A stretch of DNA of 63,187 nucleotides, counting the filler, from Octopus bimaculoides (Eukaryota): assembly GCF_001194135.2 (NCBI RefSeq). It is 5 parts of 5 records of this genome, joined end to end, with 100 filler letters (N's around TTAATTAATTAA, not from the genome) between each part and the next. Parts side by side here need not be neighbours in the genome. Positions count along the whole stretch, not along the records: positions 28,952 to 44,560 come from NC_068985.1; positions 44,661 to 53,579 come from NC_068984.1; 3 more parts are not named here. One strand, written 5' to 3'. Shown here piece after piece: positions 37,696 to 48,291 of this stretch. The position numbers were made by a program, and so were the translations under genes. The notes under the pieces were generated by a model. That model was not told the origin of the DNA. It was given only the letters and a program-made list of their open reading frames with translations, and made no database searches. Positions within the stretch are counted from its first letter, which is position 1, and the number at the start of each line of letters is the position of its first letter.

Positions 37696-37881
37696 CGGCA
37701 GGTCAACCTTCTTCCCTGAATGGAACGACAGTCAGTTGCAAGTTTACCCGTCTATAGATAAGTGGACTAGAGCAACGTAAAATGAAGAGCTTTGTTCAAG
37801 AACACAACGCACCACCGTTGGGAATCAAAGCGACGATCTTGTGGTCGTGAGTGCTACACCCCAACCACTAAGTCACGGGCC
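37696..37881 (-). mobile_element. tRNA-headed SINE family D (single copy here)
   Basis: Minus strand begins GGCCCGTGACTTAGTGGTTGGGGTG (A-box-like), B-box-like TTTGATTCCC, then TGTGTTCTTGAACAAAG core-like segment. Confidence 0.55.
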
Positions 37882-37886
37882 TTTAC

Positions 37887-37940
<54 letters not shown>

Positions 37941-39004
37941 TGTGTGCAATCTTACACATACGCACATACATACTCTCATACACACGCCACACCCATACTC
38001 ACTTTCCATTTTAATACTGCTGTATTTTACTATTACCACCATCACCACCATGCCGTCGCTGCCGTCACAGCCACCACCACCGCCACCACTACCATCTGTC
38101 ACTGCCATCATTCAACAAGTAATTCAGCATCAGCTGCAAATTTTCTTTTAATTAGATGATTCCATGGGAAAACATAAAAGTAAAACTGTTGGTGACCTCG
38201 ATGACCTGATGAGGTAATTCATGGAGGTCGTAGGTCATGGTTTCACTACTTGATAGAAGCTGATAAATATACTATCAGCTTTCCTACATATATGTGTGAA
38301 TATCTGCGTACATCTCTGTATTTGGGGTAAATGTTTGCCTCTGTGTGAATGTAAGTGATGTTTTACATGTATAAATATGTATATATGCATGCATGCATAT
38401 ATATATATATANNNNNNNNNNNNNNNNNNNNNNNNNNNNNNNNNNNNATGTAAATGTTCATATTTGTACATGTGTTTCTGAGCGTATACATATAGTCTTG
38501 TGTGTTCGTATGTATTATGTTTATGTTGGTACGTGTGAATAGGTACTTGTGTTTGTGGATAAAGTAGGATATATATATATATATATATATATACGTGTAT
38601 GTTTATACGAGTATACATTTATACTTATACATACGTATGTACGTACAAAGATAGAAGCACGCACACACTCACACACACTCACACTCACACACACAAATAT
38701 ATGAATGTATATAGAAGGACGTATTCGAAAGTAGGTATGTGTGTATATTTATATTTGTGCTCGTGTCGACTCTAGTACTTGACTAATTAGTTTTAATAGT
38801 TTAGTCAGAGGAGGTGGCGAGGATAGCGCTCATTACTTTTTCCAAGGTCTCTGGGACAGGTGGGAGGAAGTTGTGTCCAGACCGGAACCCTTGTTCAAAT
38901 GCTCGCAATACAGTGGACTCTGCTAAAGACACTCAAGATCCACGTGGTGCTGCTTAACTGAGCGATGACTTAAATCTAAGAACAGGGGCGATTTATCTGA
39001 TGGG

Positions 39005-39112
39005 CTTCTACAAAGTTTCCATCTTTAGAATTTCATCCACAAGACTTCGGCCGATACGAAACTGGTAAAAGACACTTGCCCTGGGTGCCACGCAGTAGGA
39101 TCGAACATCACA
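39005..39112 (-). mobile_element. SINE family B, degraded 5' part
   Basis: AAAGACACTTGCCCTGGGTGCCACGCAGTAGGATCGAAC. Confidence 0.6.
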
Positions 39113-40120
39113 CTATATTATTGTTATTTACGTTATCATTCTTTTAACTAAGATTTAAGAATGTAGCTAATTATTATATTCACTGCAGTATTTCACTTCT
39201 TTTATTTTATTGACCCCCAAAAAATGAAATGGAACTCGAAACATAAAGCAGTATAAATAATAACAGCTTAGCCTTTAGTATCATACTTATAGAAAGGCTT
39301 ATAATGCATACTTTTTATCAAGCCCCTAAATATGAAATGCAATGTCGACATTGACATTTGATCTCAGAAGTCAATCTGTCCGACGTTCTATTACTTCAGC
39401 CTTCATCAACGATAAAAAGCAATAGAATCATATCGAATCATCAGTGTAGATGACGTTAACTCGAGGTTAGCAACTGAATACGAGCTATTATGGATATCTC
39501 ATCTGATGTATTTCAAATGAAACTAGGCATGACGCACAATGCTAAAATGTATATGACATCACAGTACTTGAAAATTTAATTTTTTAAATGCTTTTCCTGT
39601 AGTCTGGAAGAAAAGATAGTGGCCATGACCCTATAACGATAGGATCTCAGAGACTGGTGGGTGAGAGACGGAAATATACAATCAAACCAGAGATTGGCTT
39701 GGAACCGTGCAACAGAGTGGACTCTGTAAAGGCCACACAAGTTGCCAAGTGGTAGTATTAGAACAGTTAAGTTTTCCAGTTGAGCAAACCTCAGCGTAAT
39801 TTGAACTCAGAACGAAAAGAGAACTAATGAACCTACGTGAAAACAACAACTTCTAAAATACCAACATAGCGTAAGTTATGAATAAATGCGTGGATTCATA
39901 TCCATAAGTACATAGTGTTTCTTATGTCCCTAAGGGCTGAATTCTTTTCAAGGATGTAGTTACTGCAGGCCAGATGTCATTTATTGCATCATGTTTTTAA
40001 CAAATCTTCTCACTTTCTTAAACATTTTTTTGTATTTTTAAATTATTCCTAATAAAACACTTGGGTTTTGTAGAAGATCAGCGGCTAATCAGAGCTGAAG
40101 TCATTGTATTTTACGTGAGA

Positions 40121-40291
40121 GGCGTGGCTGTGTGATAAGAAGCTTGCTTCCCAACCACATGGGTCCGGGTTCAGTTCCACTTTGTGGAATTTTGGGCAAA
40201 TATCTTCCACTACAGCCTCGGGCCGACCAAAGCCTTGTGAGTGGATTTGGTAGACGAAAACTGAAAGAAGCCTGATGTGTGCATGTGTGTG

Positions 40292-40322
<31 letters not shown>

Positions 40323-40370
40323 TTGTGTCCATGCTTGTCCCCCCATCACCGCTTGACAACCGGTGTTGTG
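40121..40370 (+). mobile_element. tRNA-derived SINE family B with internal microsatellite
   Basis: Head GGCGTGGCTGTGTGATAAGAAGCTTGCTTCCCAACCAC, GGGTTCAGTTCC, core TTGGGCAAATATCTT...GGCCGACCAAAGCCTTGTGAGTGGATTTGGTAGACG. Confidence 0.88.
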
Positions 40371-40391
40371 CTCGATTGAAAACCTTTTTGG

Positions 40392-40603
40392 GGCAACGAG
40401 CTGACGGAATCACTAGTACGCCGGGCGAAATGCTTAGCGGCATTTCGTCCATCACGTTCTGAGTTCAAATTCCGCCGAGGTCAACTTTGCCTTTCATCCT
40501 TTCAGGATCGATAAAATAAGTACTAATTGAGTACTGGGGGTCGATTTAGTTGACTTACCCCCTCCCCGAAATTGCTAGCCTTGTGCCAAAATTTGAAACC
40601 AAT
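40392..40603 (+). mobile_element. SINE family A, full length
   Basis: Matches 11505-11712. Confidence 0.88.
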
Positions 40604-40660
40604 ATTTACACTCTATTATTTCTAGTTTTATCTATTTCGAAATCTATGATTAAAAACGAA

Positions 40661-40940
40661 TTATTTCTCACCCCTTGAAGTTAGAATAAACACTTTTAAG
40701 TTGACCTCTATATGGAATATGTTGCCAGGGTGAGTATTCCAGAGGGGTAATATTCTAAGGAAGCAGGACTGGACGAAGCGTTTAATGCGTGGCATGGGTA
40801 GTGGAACATAAAAATAATAGATTGCGGGTGTATCGAGTAGTCTTAGGTAAATGTGAAATGCAACTATCAAGAGAGGGTGTCGCTCTATTGCCTTTGTTAT
40901 ATTCACTGTATACAATGGAAACAATATTGTTGGCATTTAA
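40661..40940 (-). pseudogene. LINE (CR1/L2-like) ORF2 extreme C-terminus remnant
   Basis: ORF 40661..40936 has RIKRFVQSCFLRILPLWNTHPGNIF...NLKVF, resembling the terminal SF..R....WN.LP....NL..FK block. Confidence 0.55.
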
Positions 40941-40970
40941 AATGTTGGCGATTATGAAGGGCTTAACTGT

Positions 40971-41024
40971 ATCAAATTATTGTTTCGTTTCCAGATCAAA
41001 TTATTGTTTCGTTTCCAGATCAAA
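40971..41024. repeat. Perfect 24-bp tandem duplication
   Basis: ATCAAATTATTGTTTCGTTTCCAG twice, plus ATCAAA. Confidence 0.95.
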
Positions 41025-41214
41025 CTCTGCTGGAGCCACTTTTGCCTTTTACCCTTCTTGGCCGGTAAACAAGTACCAATAGTAGACTATTGTTAACCAG
41101 GTCAACTACATCTCTTTACTGAAACTCACAGGAACAAATTTCGTGAGCAGAAATAATTACTACTTGTGTTAAATGCCGCAACTTCCTCTTTACATAATCG
41201 ACGCGAGAGACATC

Positions 41215-41500
41215 TGTGAAGAAGTATTTAGCTGAAAAAACTTTAATATCCCCTTTGTCTGAAGTAGTCTTCGTCTGAAACAACTTTGAAGCAACATTTC
41301 CCTAAAGAAACTTGGAAATAACCTTCGTCTAAAACAAATTTGAAATAACTTTCACTTGAAGCAACTTCCAAAAAAAAATTTCGCTTCTGTCAGCTTTGAA
41401 ACAATCTATATTTGAAGCAACATTAAAGCACCCACCTCAACCAACACACGAAGCAACCTACATATGAAACATCACTGAAGAAACAAACGCCAGAATCAAC
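41215..41500. repeat. Degenerate minisatellite of TGAAGCAAC/TGAAACAAC-type units
   Basis: Recurrent TGAA(G/A)(C/T)AAC motifs, e.g. CTTCGTCTGAAACAACTTTGAAGCAAC and CTTCGTCTAAAACAAATTTGAAATAAC. Confidence 0.6.
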
Positions 41501-42319
41501 TTTGAGTCTTCTGATAACTGGAGGAACATAAAGTCTCAAATACCTTATCTTACAGTTACACTCAAATAAAAGGTCAAATATTAAAAATAACTATTGGCAG
41601 AAATTTTAATAAATTTAATTTAATAATTTACAAGATAAGTGCTTGACATTCATTTTGCAAATGAAATATTATTTCTGAAAATCTACAATTATCAGCTGTT
41701 CCTAAATCGAAAAGTCACGATTCAAAATTAATGTCATATTGCTATTTTAGAATTTCTAGTTTTCTTGTGCATGATAACGTAATTGCTGATAATGTTCTGT
41801 AATAAGGATAAAGAAGTAAGCTGCTAGCGAAGCGAAAGCACGTTTGGTTCATGTTACTTTATGTACGTATATCATCTATATTCAGGAGAAAGGTATCAAC
41901 GTCATACAGCTTCAATTCAACATATAGCCACGTATTTACACAAAACAGTGTAATTAACCATGAAATGTTGAATTTAAGTAGAAGGTTAAGTTAAACTCAT
42001 TTCTACATAAAGTAGAAATGAGTTTAACTTAATCAGTTTAAATGAGTTTAAAGTAAGATGTGTGATATTGTTGCGTCTCTCATTTCGCTTTCGGTTCAAA
42101 TTATACCACGGTCAAGTTAAACTTATTTTTTAACAGAATTGTCAAGTACTAAGATCGGTAAAATTTTCTGCTTCTTGTGCCATGATTCCGTTGTGTGCCG
42201 GACAAAATATCTTGTGGTGCATAATCACGTCCTATTATAGTTTGAGTTCAAGTCTTGTCGAGGTCAACTTGAACTTTTCATTCTTCTGTAACTGAAGAAA
42301 TTCGGTATCAGTAAAATAT

Positions 42320-42530
42320 TGATTTCAAATTTCGGTACAAGGCCAGCAACTTCAAGACAGAAGTAAGTCGATTTCATCGACTCCAGAACTCAACTAGTAC
42401 TTATTTTATCGATCCCGAAAGGATGACAGGCAAAGTCGACCTCGGCGGAATTTGATCTCAGAACATGAAGACAGACGAAATGCCTTCAAGCATGTCGCCT
42501 TTTGTACTTAGCGATTGTACCAGGTTGCCG
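42320..42530 (-). mobile_element. SINE family A
   Basis: Reverse complement of the family A core and head. Confidence 0.85.
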
Positions 42531-42857
42531 CTTTGTACCAGTAAAACATTAAGCTCAATTTAATCGACTATATACTTCCCTTCAAAGTGTCGCCTTGCGC
42601 CAATGTAAGATACCCATTTTTATAAGGTATAAGGGTAGAGCTTTCCTCTTAGGTCAAACTCATATTAACACTTTAAGGTCAGCCCTGATCAAGCAGGTAA
42701 AGTCTGACCTAATCGAAGGCATTTCAAACATGAATATCCTCTCCCACTGTCACTAATACTTAATTTGTCTTAAGAAAAACATCCACTCCAATAGTCAGCG
42801 TTTCTTACGACATTATTATTATTGTTATTATTATTATTATTATCATTATTGTTTTGC

Positions 42858-42985
42858 TTAGGTCGACTTTGTCTTTCATTCTTTCGGAGGTTGGTAAAAT
42901 AAGTACCAGTTGAACACTGGGGTCGATGTAATCGACTCATCTCTTCCCACAAAATTGCTGCCCTTGTTACAAACTTTGAAACCAT
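42858..42985 (+). mobile_element. SINE family A, 3' half
   Basis: GGTCGACTTTGTCTTTCATTCTTTCGG...TAAGTACCAGTTGAACACTGGGGTCGATG. Confidence 0.8.
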
Positions 42986-43004
42986 CATTATTATTATTAT
43001 TGTA

Positions 43005-43218
43005 AAAGCCGCGAGCTGGCAGAATCGTTAGCACGCCGAGCGAAATGCGTAACGGTATTTCGTCTGTCTCCACGTTCTGAGTTCAAATTCCGCCTCGGTC
43101 GACTTTGCATTTCATCTTTTCGAGTTCGATAAAATAGGTAGCAGTTGCGTACTGGGGTCGATCTAATCGACTGGCCTCTCCCCCAAAATTTCGGGCCCAG
43201 TGCCTAGAGTAGAAAAGA
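43005..43218 (+). mobile_element. SINE family A, full length
   Basis: Close match to 11505-11712 including tail TGCCTAGAGTAGAAAAG. Confidence 0.9.
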
Positions 43219-43295
43219 AAATAGGTACCAGTTGAACACTGGGGATCGATGTAATCGACAAATCCCCTCCTCTAAAATTACTGCCCTTGTGGCAA
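43219..43295 (+). mobile_element. SINE family A, 3' fragment
   Basis: AATAGGTACCAGTTGAACACTGGGGATCGATGTAATCGAC. Confidence 0.7.
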
Positions 43296-43963
43296 TATAT
43301 ATATATATATATATTATTATTATTTGATTGAGCGTCACGCATCCATTTCCAAATAAGTTTATTTTAATATTTTTGATGCGACTCTACTGTATACTGTTTT
43401 CTCCCCCTATCGTTCTCTCTCATCCCTTCTCTAATACCTTTTTTCTCCCCTTCACCGTTTTCTATCTGTCTATCTCTCTCTTTTCCCCTCTATCTCCTTT
43501 ACTCTCTCTCGTTGCTTACACGTGACCATCATCCATCATTTTCTTTCCCTCACGTGATCATCTTTCCTTTTTTTCTTCAGGACTATCCTAAAGACTGGAC
43601 GTACCTATCAATCTCTTCTATCTTTTCTCTTGTCAAAGAAAATATTTCTCCAGCGTTCGCTATTTTATTCTCGTTCTGATCTAACGATCCTCCATATTTG
43701 TTTTCGATCGGTTTCTTGATGTGTCTCCACTGTCCTATTTTTGTTCTCAACTTTGACCATCCATAAATCCCATATTTTATTTTGGTACTTATGGAAGCAA
43801 CTGTCTTCGGAGACTCATATTGTCGTTCAGTGCTCGAAATGAGGATTAGGTAGACAGCTGACAACTGATAACGGGTCGTTTTTTTTATGTTACTTGTCCT
43901 GTTTTCTATTTGTTTCGTTGGTTGCGTATTGTTTTCATATTTCATGTTGTTTACTGTTGATGA

Positions 43964-44345
43964 TCGCCTTAAAGAGATTTAGTCCAACAAATCGACCTCA
44001 GGGCGTATTCTTTGTAAGTCTAGAATATATTCTATCGGGTCTTATGTCGAGCCGCTATGTTACGAGGACGTAAACACACCAACATCAGTTATCAAGCGAT
44101 GATGGGGTACGAACACAGACACACACACACATATATATACATACATACATACATACATACACACAGACACACACACACACACACACACATATATAAATAT
44201 CTGACGGGATTCTTTCCGTTTCCATCAACCAAATCCGCTCACAAGGCTTTGGTCGGCCCGAGGCTATAGTAAAAGATACTTGGTCAAGGTGTCACGTAGT
44301 GGGACTGAACCCGGAACACCATGTGGTTGGGAAGCAAGCTTCTTA
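43964..44345 (-). mobile_element. SINE family B lacking the first ~15 nt of its head
   Basis: Homologous to 61745-62134; stops at GCAAGCTTCTTA where a Tx1-like 3' end begins. Confidence 0.85.
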
Positions 44346-44560
44346 ATTTCATTTTAATTGGCCATTAAGGCCTTACAAAGAAGGGACAAACAAGGACAGA
44401 CAAACGTAAAGAAGCTGCGGGCTGGACACGGACATTAATGAGATGAGGGTGATAACAAAAAAGGTGAAAAATAACAAAATTAAAAATGGGAGGGGCACCG
44501 GCGCCCACCGACCGATAACCCCTCGAATACATTGTTCAAGCTCAATATTTATAATCATCA
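44346..44560 (-). mobile_element. Tx1-like retroelement 3' UTR, cut by assembly spacer
   Basis: Minus strand TTGTCTGTCCTTGTTTGTCCC...GGCCAATTAAAATGAAAT resembles the 3' ends at 14680, 48292 and 51480. Confidence 0.6.
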
Positions 44561-44660
44561 NNNNNNNNNNNNNNNNNNNNNNNNNNNNNNNNNNNNNNNN
44601 NNNNTTAATTAATTAANNNNNNNNNNNNNNNNNNNNNNNNNNNNNNNNNNNNNNNNNNNN
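44561..44660. other. Artificial 100-bp assembly spacer
   Basis: 44 N + TTAATTAATTAA + 44 N. Confidence 0.97.
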
Positions 44661-44768
44661 ATATATATATATATATATAAATATATATTGGATAATAAAA
44701 CGAATGGTTTACACCTGGTAGCTTACTGGTAAAGCACGGTGACGTTCACAGTGATCGTTATGTATGTA

Positions 44769-45625
44769 GTAAATGAAAGACGAAAGATGGAATATAAGAA
44801 AATTTATTATAAATCGCTACAATTGTTTTGACATATCTGCCATCGATCTTTCACGGGTGGAACACTCAATAACTGGTTCAGGAGCATCCTGCGGTACAGA
44901 TGTGTCGCATCGAGTGATAAATAGACACAACTTATTAAAATAACAGTTGTGCAATGTATCTTCTCATTTCGTAGAAAGAAAAGCAGCAAAAGGAAGGAAA
45001 TATCTTCGTTGATATAGAAGATCAAAAATAAAATCAGATGCAAAAAAGAAACTAACACGCAATATAGCGAGAAAAGTATTAAAAATAACCATCAACAAAT
45101 ATTGAAGTATAAACGCCCTCATGCAAGTTGCATGGCGCGTGTACACTCGCTCATACAAAATGTAAGCATACGCACACGTGTGGTTTGGTACATTCACGAT
45201 CACAAAGCGAGTTAACTAGCTACTTGGTATTTATAAGAATGGAGAGGTTAAAACTAAATTGAATTCATCCATACCTTAAAGTAAATTATGTTAACAGTTA
45301 CTCAAATTCATTCCCACTGCATTGTGCGAAAGTACATTTATGTGCCTGTAGGTATTTTGAAAGTCTTTCAGAAATTCTATTAATGATCTTCTCATTAGTC
45401 TACCGAATAGACAGGGATTCCTCGGAGTAGAGACGTCATCTCCTGGAAATGATATTGTATAGTTTTACGTGCCTTACTATGGACCTAGTTATGCTGTACT
45501 TGATTTTATCCTCCTTCAGCCGCCATACAAAATCGTCCAAAGATGTTGAATGTCTCTTATTGATTCTCTTAAGGCTGGTTACATGGTTGCGATAACGATT
45601 ATTATCTAAATCCGATATAGGCATT
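44769..45625 (-). mobile_element. Inverted 5' pseudo-LTR of the Penelope-like element
   Basis: Reverse complement of ~47105-47972, including the GIY-YIG C-terminus (ORF 45436..45624 NRYRNH...FVWRLK...YSITRSI). Confidence 0.88.
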
Positions 45626-45629
45626 ATCA

Positions 45630-47335
45630 GTAAAAATAAAAAAATATTGACAGGATAATACCCGCCTTAAGTCTAAAATTAGATTAGCCCTCTGGTCTGA
45701 TACTGAAGAGGTGGTTGGATGGTTTAAGCTTTCAAAAATTAGTAAGAATAGTAAATTCTTGCAACTTGATATAGAGAGTTATTTTAATCAAGCCCTGGTT
45801 TATATCATGAGAGATTCCGATTTGTCCCGACGCGAAATAGGTATTATACTTGCCACGTGAGCCACTTTAGTAGATTTTGATGGTATATTATGGAGTAGAT
45901 TAGATAGAGAAAATGCTTTTGATATAGCAATTGGGTAATACGTCTCTGCATAGGTCACAGACCTAATCGGAATATATATCCTTTCATTAATCCAGTCTTC
46001 CTTTCTGAAAGTAACAGGGATCTGTATAGGGATAACGCCTTATTTTTTCTGGACAGAAGTAGCAAAGTACAATTAGAAAGGCTTAGGAAAAATTTCTTTA
46101 GATTTAAAAAAAATTTTGCACTAAACATTACTATGGGAAAAGATTATCGTAGAGTAAATTTTCTTGACGCTACCTTCTGTCTTGATACTGGATTATTTGA
46201 ACCATTTCATACGTCAAAGGATCATTTTAATTACATAAATGTAGTATCCAACCATCCACCCTCGATATTACGGGATTAGTTAAGAATATTTCTACAAGAA
46301 TTTCTAGATTATTCGCTAACATTAAAATTTTCGAATCACATGCAATTTATTTTAATGCTGCTTTAGCTAGGGCTGGGTACCGGGGAAAAACTCAATATAT
46401 ACAAGAAGCAGGCATGCACATTGTACACCATCATAACTTCACGGTTTCAGAACTCACTCAGATAGGAGACACTGACCAGGAAGAAGACAATGAACTACTC
46501 ACAAAAACTCGTAGACACACGCAACATAATAATCCGGTAAATTGTTCCAATCCTGTACAACACACTCGATCAAATAAGCCTAACAATAGATATAGGAATC
46601 AAGATCAAATAAGCCTAACAATAGATATAGGAATCTGGTTCAACCCGATTTTCGGTTTGCATGTTTCAACCAAGATCACTGGAAAATATTTTGCCGCTTT
46701 GGATAAATGTTTTCCTAAATCTAATTGATATCATGCTATTTTTAATTGGTACACTGTGAAGGTATCCTACGCCAACTCTGTTAATTTAGAGCAGCTTATG
46801 CATCGCATAAACAATAGAAAAATGTGACAAAGGCTCAATAACCCACCTACTGAATCTAGCGAACATACGCATCTAAATACCAACAAAAGAGAAGTAAACC
46901 GCAATGAAAAACACCAATTATGGAAAATTGTAATAGTAGAAGTAATTATGTAATTGGAAGATGGAGTCTGAACTGCTTTATATAAAAATAAATATGATAA
47001 ATGCTCATGCAGAGAAAAATCAAAATGCCCATTGATGAACTTCTGTATGAATACAAATCTTGCATATAAATGTACCGTCCACACAAGGGGTGGGCCATAT
47101 GTTTACATTGGGAAGACGGCTGATTCGTTTAAGAATCGTCATCCATGTCGCCAGATTTAAGAGAATCAATAAGAGACATTCACCTTTGGCCGATTTTGTA
47201 TGGCGACTGAAGGGGGATTAAATTAAGTACAGCATAACTTGGTCCATAATAAGGCACGCGAAACCATACAATATCATTTCCAGGAAATGCCGTCTCTGCT
47301 CCGAGGAATCCTTGTCTGTTCAGTAGACTAATGAG
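45630..47335 (+). pseudogene. Penelope-like element ORF remnant: RT + C-terminal GIY-YIG endonuclease, 5'-truncated, many stops and frameshifts
   Basis: Motifs VVGWFK, FLQLDIESYF (~45756), FDIAIG..V...TDLIGIYIL, LYRDN (~46022), VNFLDATF, SNHPP, IWFNP, VKVSY, CSCREKSKCPL, YIGKTADSFKNR, FVWRLK, KCRLCSEE. Confidence 0.92.
46568..46635. repeat. Perfect 33-bp duplication (period 35) inside the PLE ORF
   Basis: GATCAAATAAGCCTAACAATAGATATAGGAATC twice, separated by AA. Confidence 0.95.
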
Positions 47336-47972
47336 AAGATCATTAATAGAATTTCTGAAAGTCTTTCAAGATGCCTACACGCATATAAATGTACTTTCGT
47401 ACAATGCAATTGGAATGAATTTGAGTAACTGTTAACATAGTTTACTATTAGGTGTGGATGAATTAAGTTTAGTTTTAACCTCCCCATTTTCATAAACACC
47501 AAGTAGCTAGTTAACTCGCTTTGTGATCCAGAGCGTACCATAAACCACACGTGTGCGTATGCTTATATTTTCGCGGATGCTTGTATGAGCGAATGTACAC
47601 GCGCCATGCAGCTTGTGCGAAGGCGTTTATACATCAATATTTGTTGATGGTTATTTTTAATACTTTTCTCGATGTATTGCGTATTCGTTTCTTTTTTACA
47701 TCTATGATTTTATTTTTCATCTTCTCTGTAAATGGAGATGTTTCCCTCGGTTTGCTACTTTTCTTTCTACGAAATGAGAAGATACATTGCAGAATTGTTA
47801 TTTTAACAAGTTGTATCTATTTATCACCCAATGCGACACATCTGCACCGCCGGATGCTCCTCAACCAGTTGTTGAGTGTGCCACTCGTGAAGGATCGATG
47901 GTAGATGTGCCAAAACAATTGTCGTGATTTATAATAAATTCTCATATATTCCGTCTTTAGTCTTTCATTTAC
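47105..47972 (+). mobile_element. 3' pseudo-LTR of the Penelope-like element (overlaps ORF end)
   Basis: Inverted homology to 44769-45625. Confidence 0.88.
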
Positions 47973-48037
<65 letters not shown>

Positions 48038-48291
48038 NNNNNNNNNNNNNNNNNNNNNNNNNNNNNNNNNNNNNNNNNNNNNNNNNNNNNNNNNNNNNNN
48101 NNNNNNNNNNNNNNNNNNNNNNNNNNNNNNNNNNNNNNNNNNNNNNNNNNNNNNNNNNNNNNNNNNNNNNNNNNNNNNNNNNNNNNNNNNNNNNNNNNNN
48201 NNNNNNNNNNNNNNNNNNNNNNNNNNNNNNNNNNNNNNNNNNNNNNNNNNNNNNNNNNNNNNNNNNNNNNNNNNNNNNNCTCACCGACTGT

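Noticed and set aside
43583-43945. 120-aa ORF with AVYLI...QY, possibly GIY-YIG-like
   Set aside because: No YIG/G-T-R-EH pattern; could be a chance ORF in an A-rich strand
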